A DNA stretch of 64,000 nucleotides. Source: Xylographa opegraphella. Lineage: Eukaryota. A program made the translations under genes and the position numbers. Under the pieces are notes generated by a model. It was not told where the DNA came from. It saw nothing but the letters and a program-made list of their open reading frames with translations, and did no database searches. Numbering within the stretch: the first letter of the stretch is position 1; every line of letters starts with the position of its first letter. The DNA lies in NCBI GenBank assembly GCA_022813865.1, contig JALDZX010000006.1, positions 124,001-188,000 on the forward strand, written 5' to 3'. Below, piece by piece: positions 15,501 to 26,963 of this stretch.

Positions 15501-16556
15501 GTGTGTCTACAGACGAACCAAGACGAACTGTGGAGGATGATCCTGATGTGGTACTGGATCTGGATGGCTGGCAACATCTACTCAAGGATGAAGAGGATCT
15601 TCAATTTCTCCGAAAGGCTCTAAACAACCGAGCAACAGCAAGGATAGGTAATATCTCCACCTGGGCATGGAAGCAGAAAGAGATCAAAGCACTGAATCGC
15701 GCGGGTGAACGCGGCGTTGTACGCGCCGCAACTAAAATCGAAGGTTATTATGTTCCTAACTCCTCCGGGTCGGCTCGTACAGAAGGTACGAAAAAGATTC
15801 TCGAATCTGAAAAGTCCAAATACTTGCCCCACCGGATCAAGGTTCAAAGGGCACGAGAGGAACGCGAAGCTAAAGCAAAAGAGGACCCAACTGTTGCCGC
15901 CGCTGAAGCTGCGAAGCTCGCTGCGGCGACTAGCAATGCGAAGTCTGCCTCTCGATCGAATCGTGCAAACAATCGTCGTCTCGTTGCCGACATTGCAGCT
16001 CAAAAACAAGTCTTATCGACATCCAATGGAGAGGGTGACGTACTGCGTTTCAACCAACTTAAGAAGCGAAAGAAGCCTGTCAAGTTTGCTCGTTCTGCTA
16101 TTCACAACTGGGGTCTCTATGCCATGGAGAATATTGCCGCGAATGACATGATCATCGAATATGTCGGTGAGAAGGTTCGGCAGCAAGTCGCTGACATGCG
16201 AGAACGTCAGTATCTGAAGAGCGGCATCGGTAGCAGTTACCTCTTCCGCATCGACGAAAACACCGTGATCGATGCAACAAAGAAAGGCGGAATAGCTCGT
16301 TTCATCAACCATAGTTGTACGCCCAACTGTACTGCGAAAATCATAAAAGTCGAAGGTAGCAAGAGAATCGTCATCTATGCACTACGAGATATTGGACAAA
16401 GTAAGTATTTCTCGTATCCACATCACTATCACATGCGTCTAACACAGACCAGACGAAGAGCTCACATACGACTACAAGTTCGAGCGCGAATGGGACAGCG
16501 ATGATCGCATTCCTTGCCTCTGCGGTTCCACGGGGTGCAAAGGTTTCCTGAATTAA
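12526..16556 (+). CDS. SET1: Histone H3K4 methyltransferase Set1 (COMPASS), 3 exons
   Basis: [16 protein letters not shown] start, RRM, N-SET, SET domain ([29 protein letters not shown]) and post-[16 protein letters not shown]; introns at about 13231-13289 and 16401-16452. Confidence 0.97.
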
Positions 16557-17139
16557 ATACCCCTAAGAATCGATTTGTACTTCCCTTTATCCCTCCCTTC
16601 AATGTATCTACTCTCTATTCATGTCGCACACACGGCGTTCCCAAAAAGATCCGAGCGCTTCTCAGCCTTCAAATGGCAGGACTTGGATCCACTATCTCAG
16701 GAAGGCATTCTCGCGCATATAGCATCGATGGCGTGTCTTTAGACGGCATATATGTACTATAATTCAACGTTTGCACGCAGTCGGTGATATAGCTGCTTGC
16801 AACGACACAGGAAAGTGCAATCATTCAACATCTGGTTATCGATCATATTCTCTATTCATGCTACAATGAGTATCTGGAGTTACAATTGTGATCGGGCCTA
16901 GCGACATGTCTCTTGAGCCTCTCTTTCAACTCAGGTATCGTACACAATGAATGCTCCTCCGATATCTTGTATAGCATTCCCAATCTATATTCTGACTTCT
17001 CCCCATTCCCCCAAACTGTCCTCCCCCTCTTTTCCTCCGCTCCGGCCTCGCCCTGTCTCTTCCTGAGCACCTTGATATTCATAGCTGATGGCTTTCCGCT
17101 CCTCCACAGTCCCTCGTAACCTCTTCCACCCTTCGCCCC

Positions 17140-17690
17140 TCAGACCAGGTGATTCGGCAGCAAGAAATTGGCAATCCCCTCTTTGATCCTATACTCGTGC
17201 CCACAGTTCCCACACACCATCTTCCCCTCCCTCACCTGCGTCTCCAACAGCAACCGATGCAGCTCCCGCAGCATCTTCTCCCCCCCCTCCTCCTCTCCCG
17301 CCGCGCTCTCCTCCCCAGTATCCATCCGCCCCTCCTCCTGCTCCGCGGCCCCTCGGCTCACTCCTAAACCGCTCATATCAGGCTTCTCCGCCGGCAGCGA
17401 CGTGAACCCTAACTAATAACCCCCGCCCAGCCAAGAATCAGCACACTGCGCTCCCGGCTGGACACACGGTCCGGGGGGACGCGTCGGGCAGGTGGTTTGC
17501 TGACCTCCGTTGCGGTCACCCGCAAAGCATCCCATTCGATCCGCGGCAGGATGTTGCGCAGGAAGGCCGGGTTGTACTCCATGTCCGCCTGCTCGAGCTC
17601 GGCGTCTTGGAAGTGCAGCGGGTAGGAGGCTGCGGAGGACTTGCAGGCCTTGACGGCGCAGGTGAGGAAGTTGGTGGTGAGGATCTTCAT
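17140..17690 (-). CDS. TRM112: Methyltransferase activator Trm112, 2 exons
   Basis: MKILTTNFLTCAVKACK..YPLHF..LLLETQVREGKMVCGNCGHEYRIKEGIANFLLPNHLV*. Confidence 0.95.
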
Positions 17691-18645
17691 GGCGAGTGTG
17701 TGACGACGGGGCGGAGGGAACTCGCGGTGAAGAGGGGGTTGGAGATAGTGGGGAGTGGAGTTTTGGTGGGAGAGCTTGGGGAATTTTGGGGGTGTATATA
17801 TTAAGGTGAGGAGTGTTTTTATTAGTTTATCCACAGCTGTATGGATATGTCTACGTGTGGTCGACTTATCATGTCGGAGCTCAGGCTCTCCCTCGTTGAT
17901 AAATTACTAACTACCTCTACAGTACCGTGACACTGTGAAGAGCGGCTGCAAGACAAGCACAGCCAAGTCCATCTACCGGAGGGTGCGACACGCACACACG
18001 GGGTGTCCTTCACCAAAGCATAAAAGACACCGACCAGCTATATGTATCACAAAGTATTCGTCCCAATTTAGCTCAATGCATCCTTGCTGGACCTTCCGGG
18101 AGATGCACGCTGATGTGCTGCAACGGACCTTCCTATGGCCTAGGTTGATTGAATCACTTTTACAAACCCGTCCATAATAGCGTGCTTTCCAAACTTCATG
18201 GAAAGTGCTTTGGTGGTGAATGCATTTGCAGAAGATGACAACCAGTGTTCACCATATATCAATACTCTATACCTTGCCAGTCCGTTGATTGCAGCATGGA
18301 AACAGATCATGTTCGAAGTCGTGAAGAACTATGGTGATTTCGAGCATGCTAGCTCTGAGTCAGTGTTCCACACCATGAGTGATTGCCGTCCTGCAGAAGC
18401 ACAGCGTAGTAAGTTCTGGTCTGTTCCTGACAAAATACACTGTCGGATTTGGGAAGTAAGATCGCTGTTACAGGAAAGGGCTATGACCCATAAGAGAAAC
18501 TGGCGATAAAGACTCGTTGATTCGCCAGTAACTATGCCGGCCACCGGTCTATAGTATTCCAACTGGCTCATAATGATAAGATGCCAGCCAGCGTCAGTGT
18601 CTCTGGAAATCAGTCGTATAGGGCCAAGTTATCCGCTAGTGCTTC

Positions 18646-20396
18646 TCATGGGGCCACGGTCGGTACTTTTACCTTGCAGGCGTTTGACGCCCCATTGGAG
18701 GCTGTGGGAATCATTGCGACATCCACGGCGTGCTAGAACGCAAGTAACGCATATATCGAAGTCGTCCCCGTCGCACTCACAGCAATCTGGGTTACAGCGC
18801 GAGAGATATTAGCGAGATGCTTTCGGCGATTCGTGTTTGAGCCAGCTTACGAAAGTAAAGCCCCTTGATTTCCATGGGGCACCTGTCGCAATTAAGCCGT
18901 TCTAGTGGATCCTGTGCTCTTCTGCATATATTCGATGCTTTGAGCGAATTATCTTGATATAACGTGTGATTCGAGTCGAGACAAACAAAGTCTTTTGTTG
19001 AAGTAGCAATATTCGCAGATATTGAAGTTTCCTTTGCCACTAGGACAAATAGTACAAGCTATAGCGGAGAAAGACATGTCAGTCTCCTTCTCAAAAGGTC
19101 CAGAAACGGACTCTCATACTAATCTTTCCTCTAGCTCCTATCGGGTTCTGGCAGATGTCGCACCAATGATTGAGACATGAACGGTCCACGCTGAAGCCAT
19201 AATTCCCGTCAGACATGCCTTCACCGTTCGGAGCGATCCCCTTAATTTCGTTTCGAAGGATGCTGGCTCGGGCAGCAGTACGTATATGATCAATATTTCG
19301 ATCAACGCTTTCTCTTTGGAGCAACGACAGGCGGAACCGATCATTGATGTCGGCTGCAAGACGCGCTGCCTTGACTTGCAAAGCCTGCTCCTCTTGCCAA
19401 CGCTGCCGTTCCGCTTGCTTCCTCTCATCAGCCTTGGCTTGGCGGTCAAGCTCTGCTTGCTTAATACGACGATTGCGCGCCTGCAGTTGTTCGAGCTGGT
19501 TAATTCGTGCCTCATCGGCCTTTCTTGCACTTTCCACTTTCCACTCTGCCACCTTTTCCACCTTTTCCTGTCTTCTTGCTCCTCGCATTTTGGCGTTTTC
19601 AAGCAGTTTGTCCCTTTTGGCGAGCTCTTCTTGAGCTCGCACTCGAGCCTCCTCGAGTTTAAGCTCATGTTCTTCTTTTATCTTGCGTGCTTCAGCAGTA
19701 ATGGACAAGCCCACCATGGTCTCTTGAAGCGACTTTCCATCGTGCAGCTCTTCTTGGATTTGTAAAGAAATGCAAGGCTTATTGGCCTTGGCCGAGAGAG
19801 CGTTCTTAAAGCGATCGTAGTCTCTGGCCATGCGCTCGGTTTTAGCGCCTTGTTCTTTCATCGACTTCCAGAAACCCTCGGTTTCCAGCATCTCCCTCTC
19901 GCGGCGAGCCCCGATCTCTTCGGTCACCTGATTCCAAAAGGTACTGATGAGGAGGATGTTCGTAAAGTTCGTAGAGCCACAGAGCTTTTCAAGCAATGCT
20001 AAAGACCGAAGTGCGGAGCCTTCTGCTCGATTCTTGGTTATTGGCTGCAGATAAAATATACCTGTAAGCAATTGCCCCGCCTCATAGCGCTCCTGAAGCT
20101 AGTCTGTTATTATACTTAGGATATCGTGATCAGAGATCTCTGTGTCGTCAAAACCGGGAGTATCGATAAGTGTAAAACAGGTGGAATTAATCGTAGTATC
20201 ATACATGGAAACTTCGGCAGTCTCTGGTCCAATTCGACTGTGTTAGCCAAAAGCTGTGTCGTGGTCGAGACATCAAGATACCAGAATGAAGGCCACGCCC
20301 AATGCGGACACTCTCGCAACCCGTAATTGCCCTCACAAATGAGGTTTTGCCAGACCCAGTCGGGTCCATGACGGCGATTAGTTTTCGCTTATCCAT
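18646..20396 (-). pseudogene. Disrupted AIG1/GIMAP/septin-like G-domain protein with coiled coil and two C-terminal ZZ-type zinc fingers
   Basis: IAVMDPTGSGKTSF, LIDTPGFDDT, LTGIFYLQPI, ISTFW; introns 20224-20281, 19059-19119, 18787-18850; in-frame TAG at 20099-20101; frame break near 18993-18996; CDIC..CTIC..NICEYC and CDRC..HCCECDGDDFDICVTC..H. Confidence 0.75.
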
Positions 20397-21193
20397 AGTT
20401 CGAACCCGTCTGGAGTCAAATACTATAGACTATCAGCGTATTCACTACCAGTGGATGCAAGTGTGGGAGAGGCCAACATAGTCAATGCTGGAATCAGCCG
20501 ACTGCAGCATTCGATAAATGGTCATAAGTGCGAGATAGCAGGTCTAGATACATAAGCTCCAAAGATAATAAGATTAAGAAGCCTGAGCGAATTTGCGATT
20601 ATAAACTCGAATCCAATATCAGGAAGCCTAGGATTCCATGAAAGGTCGAGTATGTCTCGAATCATGGGGAATCCGCGGCTTCAGGTGATAAGTGCGCGCC
20701 ATGAGCCTTGTTATCAAAGCCAGGCTTGCATCAGTATTGGGTGCTGGTTGCCCACGATTTGGCGGACTGCTAGCGACGCCACCAATAAGCTGACAAAACA
20801 GAATCGAGTCGCCGGTCTGTAAGCCATGTGCGTGCGGCAACCTATCAAGTGAGAAGACGACCCATGGTTCGACGAGGCAGAGCTGACAAAGAGCAAGTGT
20901 TGCGAAGCACCCCCCACACCTGGCTTGGACCGCCTGGACCACTAGCGCAAGGCTGCGAACAGGTCTCTCAGCTGAGAGTATATGATTGCTGGTCCTTGAC
21001 CAGCATTGCTTCAGTCAAATTAATAATCAAAAACAGGAGCTTGAAGAAAAGACTTCGCTACACATTGTGTCCTTTTGCAAAAGAAAACATAAACATCCGA
21101 AAGTGGTTGAAATGGCGTTCACTGGTAAAGGCGGAGCCAATAGTTATGCTCAGGAGCTCAAAAACACAACATACAGGTACTTTTGTGCCCTGA

Positions 21194-22616
21194 ATGGCTT
21201 CGAAAAGCGTTAAAGACTCCAGTCCTGATGATATTTACATCGCAATAATGGGAGTGACTGGCGCTGGGAAAAGCACTTTCATCTCAAAGTGTTGCCATAA
21301 AGCCGAACAAGGGATTGGACATGGTTTGAAATCGCGTGAGCCCAAGGGAATAATCATATTCGCGTATGATACTTCGCTCATCATAGGTAGAAACACAGGA
21401 AGTGCAAGTATTCACGTTCCGACACAACAAAAAGATCGTACATCTCATCGATACAGCTGGATTTGATGACACATATAGAACCGACAGCGATGTCCTCAAA
21501 GACATGCCATACTGGCTCTCCATTACTTATGAAACAAGGAATATCAAACTGACGGGTGTAATATACCTCCATCGCATTACGGACACCCGAATGAGTGGTA
21601 ATGCGTACAAGAATTTGCGAACGTTCCAGAAATTGTGCGGCAAACCAAGCATGTCCTCCGTGGTCTTGGCCACAACTATGTGGGACCAAGTCTCCATCGA
21701 AGATGGTTCCATTCGGGAGGCAGACCTCAAAGACACTGCCGAGTTTTGGGGTGATATGGTCAAGGAAGGCTCCGCCATGTACAGACACACAGGGGACTAT
21801 CATTCGGCAATGAATATCATTCTGCATCTCATTAACAGGCAAAGCACCACTGTTTTGGAGCTTCAGAAAGAGATGGTCGACCAGAGAAAGCCCTTGGATG
21901 ACACTGATGCAGGGCGTGAGCTTGAGGGAGAAATGATAAAGCAGAGAAAGCTATTCGAGCACAAACTCTTGAAGACCAGAGAAGAAATGGACGAAGCGAT
22001 TGCACGGAAAGACAAAGATCTTATTGAGCAGATTGCAAAGGATCAGGAAAGATTCCAGAAGAAAATTGATGACGCGCAGAAGGGCGAAAAAGATCTACGG
22101 ATTAGCATGGAAAAGCTCATCGCAGACAAGGAGGCTCAGCACAAGAAAGATATGGAAGCATTTGACAAAAAACTTGAAGACCAAGAGGCTCAGACGAGAA
22201 AGAAAGACGACGAATTCAAAGATTTTATGAAGCGCACCGAAATCGAACGTGAACAAGAAGCGAAGAAGAGGGCTGCACGAGAAGCGGAGTTGGATGCGGC
22301 GAAGGAGCAGGTTGAACAGGGTGACCTTGAAAAGCTTGCTGTACTTCAAGCTGCAATAGAAGCGTTGCAGCAGCAAACGCAAGCTGCCGATGAGAGAGAG
22401 GCCCGCCTTCGTCAAGAGGCACATGACAGGGAACAAGCTATAGAAAACGAAAGAATTAGTACGATGGCACTCTATAACCAACGAGCGCAAATCGCTGCCT
22501 TCCAGCAGTCCATGTTTCAACAGGAACAACAGATGGGTGGAGGCACGGGTCTGGGAATGGGTATAGCAGGGGGAGTCATGCTAGCCGCTCTCACTAGCGG
22601 TTGTATTGTTATGTAA
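21194..22616 (+). CDS. AIG1/GIMAP/septin-like P-loop GTPase with long coiled coil and C-terminal CaaX box, 2 exons
   Basis: IAIMGVTGAGKSTFI, intron 21336-21390, LIDTAGFDDT, LTGVIYLHRI, LATTMWD, about 230 aa E/K/Q-rich helix, ends ...GCIVM*. Confidence 0.88.
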
Positions 22617-22776
22617 AGTGTACATGGATATGCTTCTTGTGAAGGTAAAGCCACATTATGATGCGAGAATGAACTTGAGTGGAATATGTGTATGTTTTGA
22701 ATAGTGAGTAAAATATTTACGTACGATTATGGAAGTAAAACAATCGTCTCATGTTTCTGAAGTGGCCTCCCTCAAT

Positions 22777-24231
22777 TCATCTTATAAAAACCTCAATACT
22801 GTCCATATCACTCAATTCAGTGTCACCAACTGCAATTGGCGGATCAAGCCGGTCTCCGTCGAATACAAGATAGACTTCCTTCCCAGGGTCGATGTTGTAT
22901 TCAATTCTAAACGCGTTGATCATTCGAGATAACAGGGTAGTCTAGAGGCCGTCAGTCTCTTGTTACGTGGTCAGCGATTAATAGAGGCAAACCGGCTTGA
23001 CGATGAGCTTAAAGTCTTTCAATTCCTTCGCCTTCAGGATAATCCTGATCTGTTGCTCTTGATTTGGCTGGTTAGGGGCGGGCTCCTCTATCTCGTCAAT
23101 TGCATCTTCCATAATTCCCTCGGCCTCTGCATGCTCCTTCGCTTTTTTCAAGACTCTCAGTGTCTCTTCGGTCATGGCTTCCAAATGGATCTGACGATCT
23201 GCTTCCCCAAAAATGTCCTTCTCGCCTTTCATAACAATGTTCCCTTCTGAGTCCACACCAATCCCTATGCTCTTGCAACTACTTACGTCGAAAAGACGCT
23301 TTCCTCGCCATGTAAGTATCACATTTTGCGTTGCTTCGGTGGTGAACTGCTGCCGCTGACACCATGCTATACGGACATCCTTCAAGCGTTGGCTGAGTCT
23401 CCGATTCACTATGAGCGGCTTTGTGTTCGGGATACGTGAAGTAATCAGGAGGGAAACCACCGGATCGGGTGGAGGAGGCGTGGGAACGCGCTGAGACGCT
23501 TGGACAGCGAAGCTCTGGGGTTCACTATTGCCTGCAGACAGAGGTGGATCAGGAGCTACTGTATCTGCTGAGTCGGCTTCAAGACGCTTTCTCCGAGCCT
23601 TCTCGCGTGCTTTACGTGCCAACTCTGGAAACTCTTCGTCTGATGTAGGGAAATCATCGTAGACCACTGGCTTCGTCTTCGTGATCAATGTGATCTCTTG
23701 ATCGTCGTCTGATTCGCTTTCGCCTGCTTGCACCGAGCCTTCACTTCCTTCTAAATCAATTATATTTGTGGGAGCGCTGCGCGTTTTGATCCCTGTAGCG
23801 ACTGCGATGGTTTCTTTGTAGCTCTTTGCCAAAGAATTCGGTAGTTGTAAATCTGTGATTGGTCTAAGAGATTCGCCCGAATGTGCATTCGGTCTCGTCC
23901 GCGCTGAAGTCTGCTGCTCCTTTAAAACAGTATTCGTCTGATGGCTGCTAACTTGATTGCTGCTGTACACTACCTTCTTTTTCTCCTCCGCGTTTGAAAG
24001 GCGCCTTCTCTTGCCATCTTGTTCCTCCTTGTGCTTGGTCTGAGTCTGCTCCTGATGTTGCCTTGCAGCCTTTTTCTTGCGCTTTTGCTCATCATTGATA
24101 GAGACTCTGGCGAGAACCTGACTGGATCTGTCAAAAAAGTCTGTAGAATCTTGCATAGTCCTCGGCTTTGACCAAGCCGGCTGGTTGAACAGAGGCCGCT
24201 TCATTGGGGTGGGTTTTGGTGGATCAGCCAT
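22777..24231 (-). CDS. Rad60/Esc2-type protein with C-terminal SUMO-like domains, 2 exons
   Basis: MADPPKP..KRPLFNQPAWS; SDEEFPELARKAR; LLITSRIPNTKPLIV..LTWRGKRLFD; last exon LVFDGDRLDP..VGDTELSDMDSIEVFIR*. Confidence 0.85.
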
Positions 24232-24486
24232 TGTGGCTGGTTCCTTTAATGTATTCATATGAATATATTCATATAAACACCCTGAGCCAACTTCAACTAG
24301 CAATGAAACGAGGTTTGTGAGTCTTGGGGAAATTGCTAGAAATAGCAAAGCGAGGTTGGAGAAGCGGAGGGCATTTCTGCTCCGCCGCTTGTTGTCCGCA
24401 TGAGGGGCATTCACTGTTCACAACAACCTCCCCTCAAAACTACTTCCTCTTGACATCCTCATCTCTTGCACATAATTAGGAACTAG

Positions 24487-24846
24487 ATGGAGAACGGTGC
24501 AGGTGCGGAAAGCACAGATCCTTCTGGCTTCTTAAGTGAGATAATAGGAAATCCGGTCACTGTGAAACTAAACTCCGGTGTGGTCTATAAAGGTACACCT
24601 TCAGCGCGAAGCCATACGTCGTTAATACTAATTCACACATTTTACAGGAGAGCTTCAGTCAGTCGACGGCTACATGAACATTGCTTTGGAGAAGACGGAG
24701 GAATATGTCAACGGACAGCTGAGACGATCATATGGGGATGCATTCGTAAGGGGAAATAACGGTAGTTGCACCATTATAGCAACTATGGCAGCACCACAGG
24801 CTCTGTACTGACACGTTGAACAGTCATGTACATATCGTCTGGATGA
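24487..24846 (+). CDS. LSM6: U6 snRNA-associated Sm-like protein Lsm6, 3 exons
   Basis: DPSGFLSEIIGNPVTVKLNSGVVYKG|ELQSVDGYMNIALEKTEEYVNG..YGDAFVRGNN|VMYISSG*. Confidence 0.95.
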
Positions 24847-25000
24847 TGAAAGGGCCTTTGTGGATTTGTAACAGATGCTAGTGCATGAGATGTACCTCTG
24901 AAGCATAGCGTTGGCGTATTGAAGGACATTCGAGGATAGAAGCTTTTTGTGCCTCTCTTTCGAACCATATTGTCCAGATGCGAAGGTCTACTCATGCTTC

Positions 25001-26370
25001 TTATCCTCCATTCCTCAAAGACGCACCTGGTATAGCAGTGGTCCATGCGAACACTGTCTGTCCATGAATGGCCACCTCGCCTTTTTCATTCGTTTCGATA
25101 TCGGTACCATTGTTCAATATATCATATACCTTCTCACGCGTCTCCTACACGATGTAATCAAAACCAGTATATCGGTCTATGGCTCTGCACAACTCACCTG
25201 AAGCTGTACACCGCTTTGGTTGGCAATATGACTTATGGTATGGAACCTTTCCCAGAGAGCTTCTTTCGTCAACCAGACCGTCCACTTCACAGAATCCTCT
25301 CCTAAGGGCCTTTGTATGATTTAGTCAGCATTCTCCATTTCATGTGAGTGTCGTGTGAAATTCCCGAGCAGAGGAGAGACTCAAATATACACTTACAGCG
25401 AGAACATTGGATCTGCGGTCTGTATGGTTAAGGGGCTGCTTTTCGTCTGCTCCTCAAAAGGGGTGCGCCACTCGTTGTGTCGAAATCGAGGACTCCTATC
25501 ATCGGAAGTCCAAGTGACTTCCTTCAATTTGCGCTCCCATTCAGTGCTCGGAACCCACTGGAATGTCAGCAATTAGTGGATTGCAACTTGTCTGAATGAG
25601 TTAAAACAATTGGGAGCACAAGACGGGCAAAACACATGCATACGATATCTAAAAATGAACATCAAAAGATTCCTTACATCAGTCCGGGAATTATCTGATA
25701 TGGATCAGTCTTGCTATTGAACGTACATGGCCCTTTACAGACAGGATTATGGATGTGGAAAGTCCATCAGACTTACAGTCTTCGATATTCCATATCAGAC
25801 CCAAAACGCCCCCAGGCTTGAGGACTCTGTAAATCTCCTGCAAAGCCTCCGAATGCGCAAACCTTTCTCCATGCATGCACGTCAGCCAGGATTTTTATTC
25901 AGCCAGTCACGATGTAGCCTCGTACATACCAATGAAATGCCTGCCCAAATTTCCCCAACCTCAGATTAGCTTCTCGTCTTTGAGGTCTCCGCCATTGGAC
26001 TCAGCAAGCCTACCTGAGCGACCACAACCGCATCTGCCCACTGGTCCTCCACGGTCTGCATGTCCGTTGCTGTCCCCTCCCAGACTTTCACACCTTTCAG
26101 TCCCTTCTTCTCTAACACTTCTCGCATGCCAGAATGTGGTTCTACCGCTAAAATTTCGTAGTCTTCTTCGCACCTCGCGAGTATTTCAGTAAATTTGCCC
26201 GTCCCTGCGGCGAGATCTACGATATGTGCATGGAGAACGTTCTGGACATCCAAATGCTGAAGGAAGTGTTTAACAGCGTCAGGAGGGTAGGAAGGGCGGT
26301 GAGCGTCATAGGAGGTGGCATTTGCGAAGCCAGACCGGGCAATTGGATTAATCGTCGGCATGTTAGCCAT
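25001..26370 (-). CDS. Class I SAM-dependent methyltransferase (Methyltransf_11 type), multi-exon
   Basis: YDAHRPSYP, VDLAAGTGKFT, AVEPH, EIYRVLKPGGVLGLIWNIED, PRFRH, last exon ..GEVAIHGQTVFAWTTAIPG..GG*. Confidence 0.85.
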
Positions 26371-26963
26371 GGAGAGAAGAACGGTGGCTATCAGGTGTGT
26401 TTGAGGAGTGTTTACAATGGCTTGTGCTATGTCTATCTGGCGTTTGAAGTTTCGTAACAGCCGAGATAGGGAATATGGAATATTGACGATCATCACGTGT
26501 TCTCGAGTAGGGTTAAAGAAATATGAGCTTTGATAAAAGTACTTTACTGTTGTAAATTTCGACTTTACAAAATGTCTAAGTTGTCAGCTTGTCACGACAC
26601 ATCTAAGAAAAAGACTGCCGAGCATCTGTACACGAATATCTGAAGACTTGAGGATCTAGAATCAAATCGAATTGGTAGTCTAATGCAATTCGCTGCATAT
26701 AAACATCGATAGGAAGATTTCGGTGATCTATAGATGTAGACACAACTAGGCGTTTCAGTGGAGCTTGCTCCACTCCCAATGTGATTCAGTACGCCTTTAT
26801 TTCGCAAGTTTTACACACCCCGGTCAATTAGACTGTCACCATCTGATGAGAAGAGAAGAACTTTAAATGCAGTTCAGTATATGGACATCCATGCGGGATC
26901 GATTCGCTTCTTCCGGTTGCGCCAACGCTATGTCTGCTAGAATGTAATGGTAATCAAAAGCAA

